From an uncultured Faecalibacterium sp. (GTDB taxonomy: Bacteria > Bacillota > Clostridia > Oscillospirales > Acutalibacteraceae): a stretch of DNA of 64,000 nt. Both the position numbers and the translations under genes were made by a program. A model generated the notes under the pieces. That model was not told the DNA's origin and made no database searches. It saw nothing but the letters and a program-made list of their open reading frames with translations. The stretch spans positions 9,791-73,790 of the forward strand of contig CAZDEL010000005.1 of the NCBI GenBank assembly GCA_964504475.1, given 5' to 3'. The first letter of the stretch is position 1; the number at the start of each line of letters is the position of its first letter. Below are positions 63,829 to 64,000 of this stretch, in pieces.

Positions 63829-64000
63829 AAAATACTACAGCACCATAGTAATTTATAGGAAAAAGCCTTTTTAATATTGCTGCTTCTTTTCAACTTAAAC
63901 ACCGTCCTTATTTTTCACTTTCCTTATATATTAAACACACCTTGCCTTATGAAATAAAGATAGCATATTTTTACGAAAATTGCAATAAAAAATATCCACA

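Noticed and set aside
1-64000. CRISPR arrays, rRNA genes, IS elements or other long dispersed repeats.
   Set aside because: A scan by eye found no regularly spaced direct repeats, no 16S/23S/5S-like sequence, and no transposase-like ORF or terminal inverted repeats. The only repeats seen are the 21-nt coding repeats at 43.46 kb and the tRNA-Leu duplication.

Overview
This 64-kb window looks like a chromosomal segment of a moderate-GC, endospore-forming Firmicute. A Clostridia-like origin is inferred from spoIVA, a PolC-type replicase, a SCIFF peptide/maturase pair and the pyrH-frr-uppS-cdsA-dxr-rseP-ispG-polC synteny.

Most of the window is core metabolism in long co-directional operons:
- a complete aromatic amino-acid supraoperon (9.2-18.9 kb): aminotransferase, pheA, aroB, aroC, an aroE-aroK fusion, aroQ, aroA, tyrA, a DAHP synthase and a YbaK-like deacylase
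- pcrA
- the pyrH..polC block (29.5-40 kb)
- spoIVA, ispE and a GH2 beta-mannosidase
- a pyrimidine operon, pyrC-K-D-F-E-B-I (49.1-54.7 kb)

Accessory or unusual content sits in four places:
1. 18.9-21.9 kb: a SCIFF RiPP precursor too short for the ORF track, plus its radical-SAM maturase.
2. 21.9-24.1 kb: two paralogous, independently transcribed micropeptide genes bracketing a DUF4143 AAA+ ATPase.
3. 40.9-43.2 kb: a decayed ABC transporter and a split TSUP/TauE gene pair.
4. 54.7-59.4 kb: an islet that looks AT-richer by eye (not computed). It holds a minimal HipA-like kinase with an extended HTH partner, a DUF4177 gene, an orphan gene, tRNA-Leu(GAG) with a partial tandem copy carrying a 111-nt structured insert, and a Phd/Doc module.

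The PolC ORF visibly lacks the proofreading exonuclease insertion. No rRNA, CRISPR array, transposase or integrase was seen. All functional calls rest on motifs read by eye from the translations. No database search was run.
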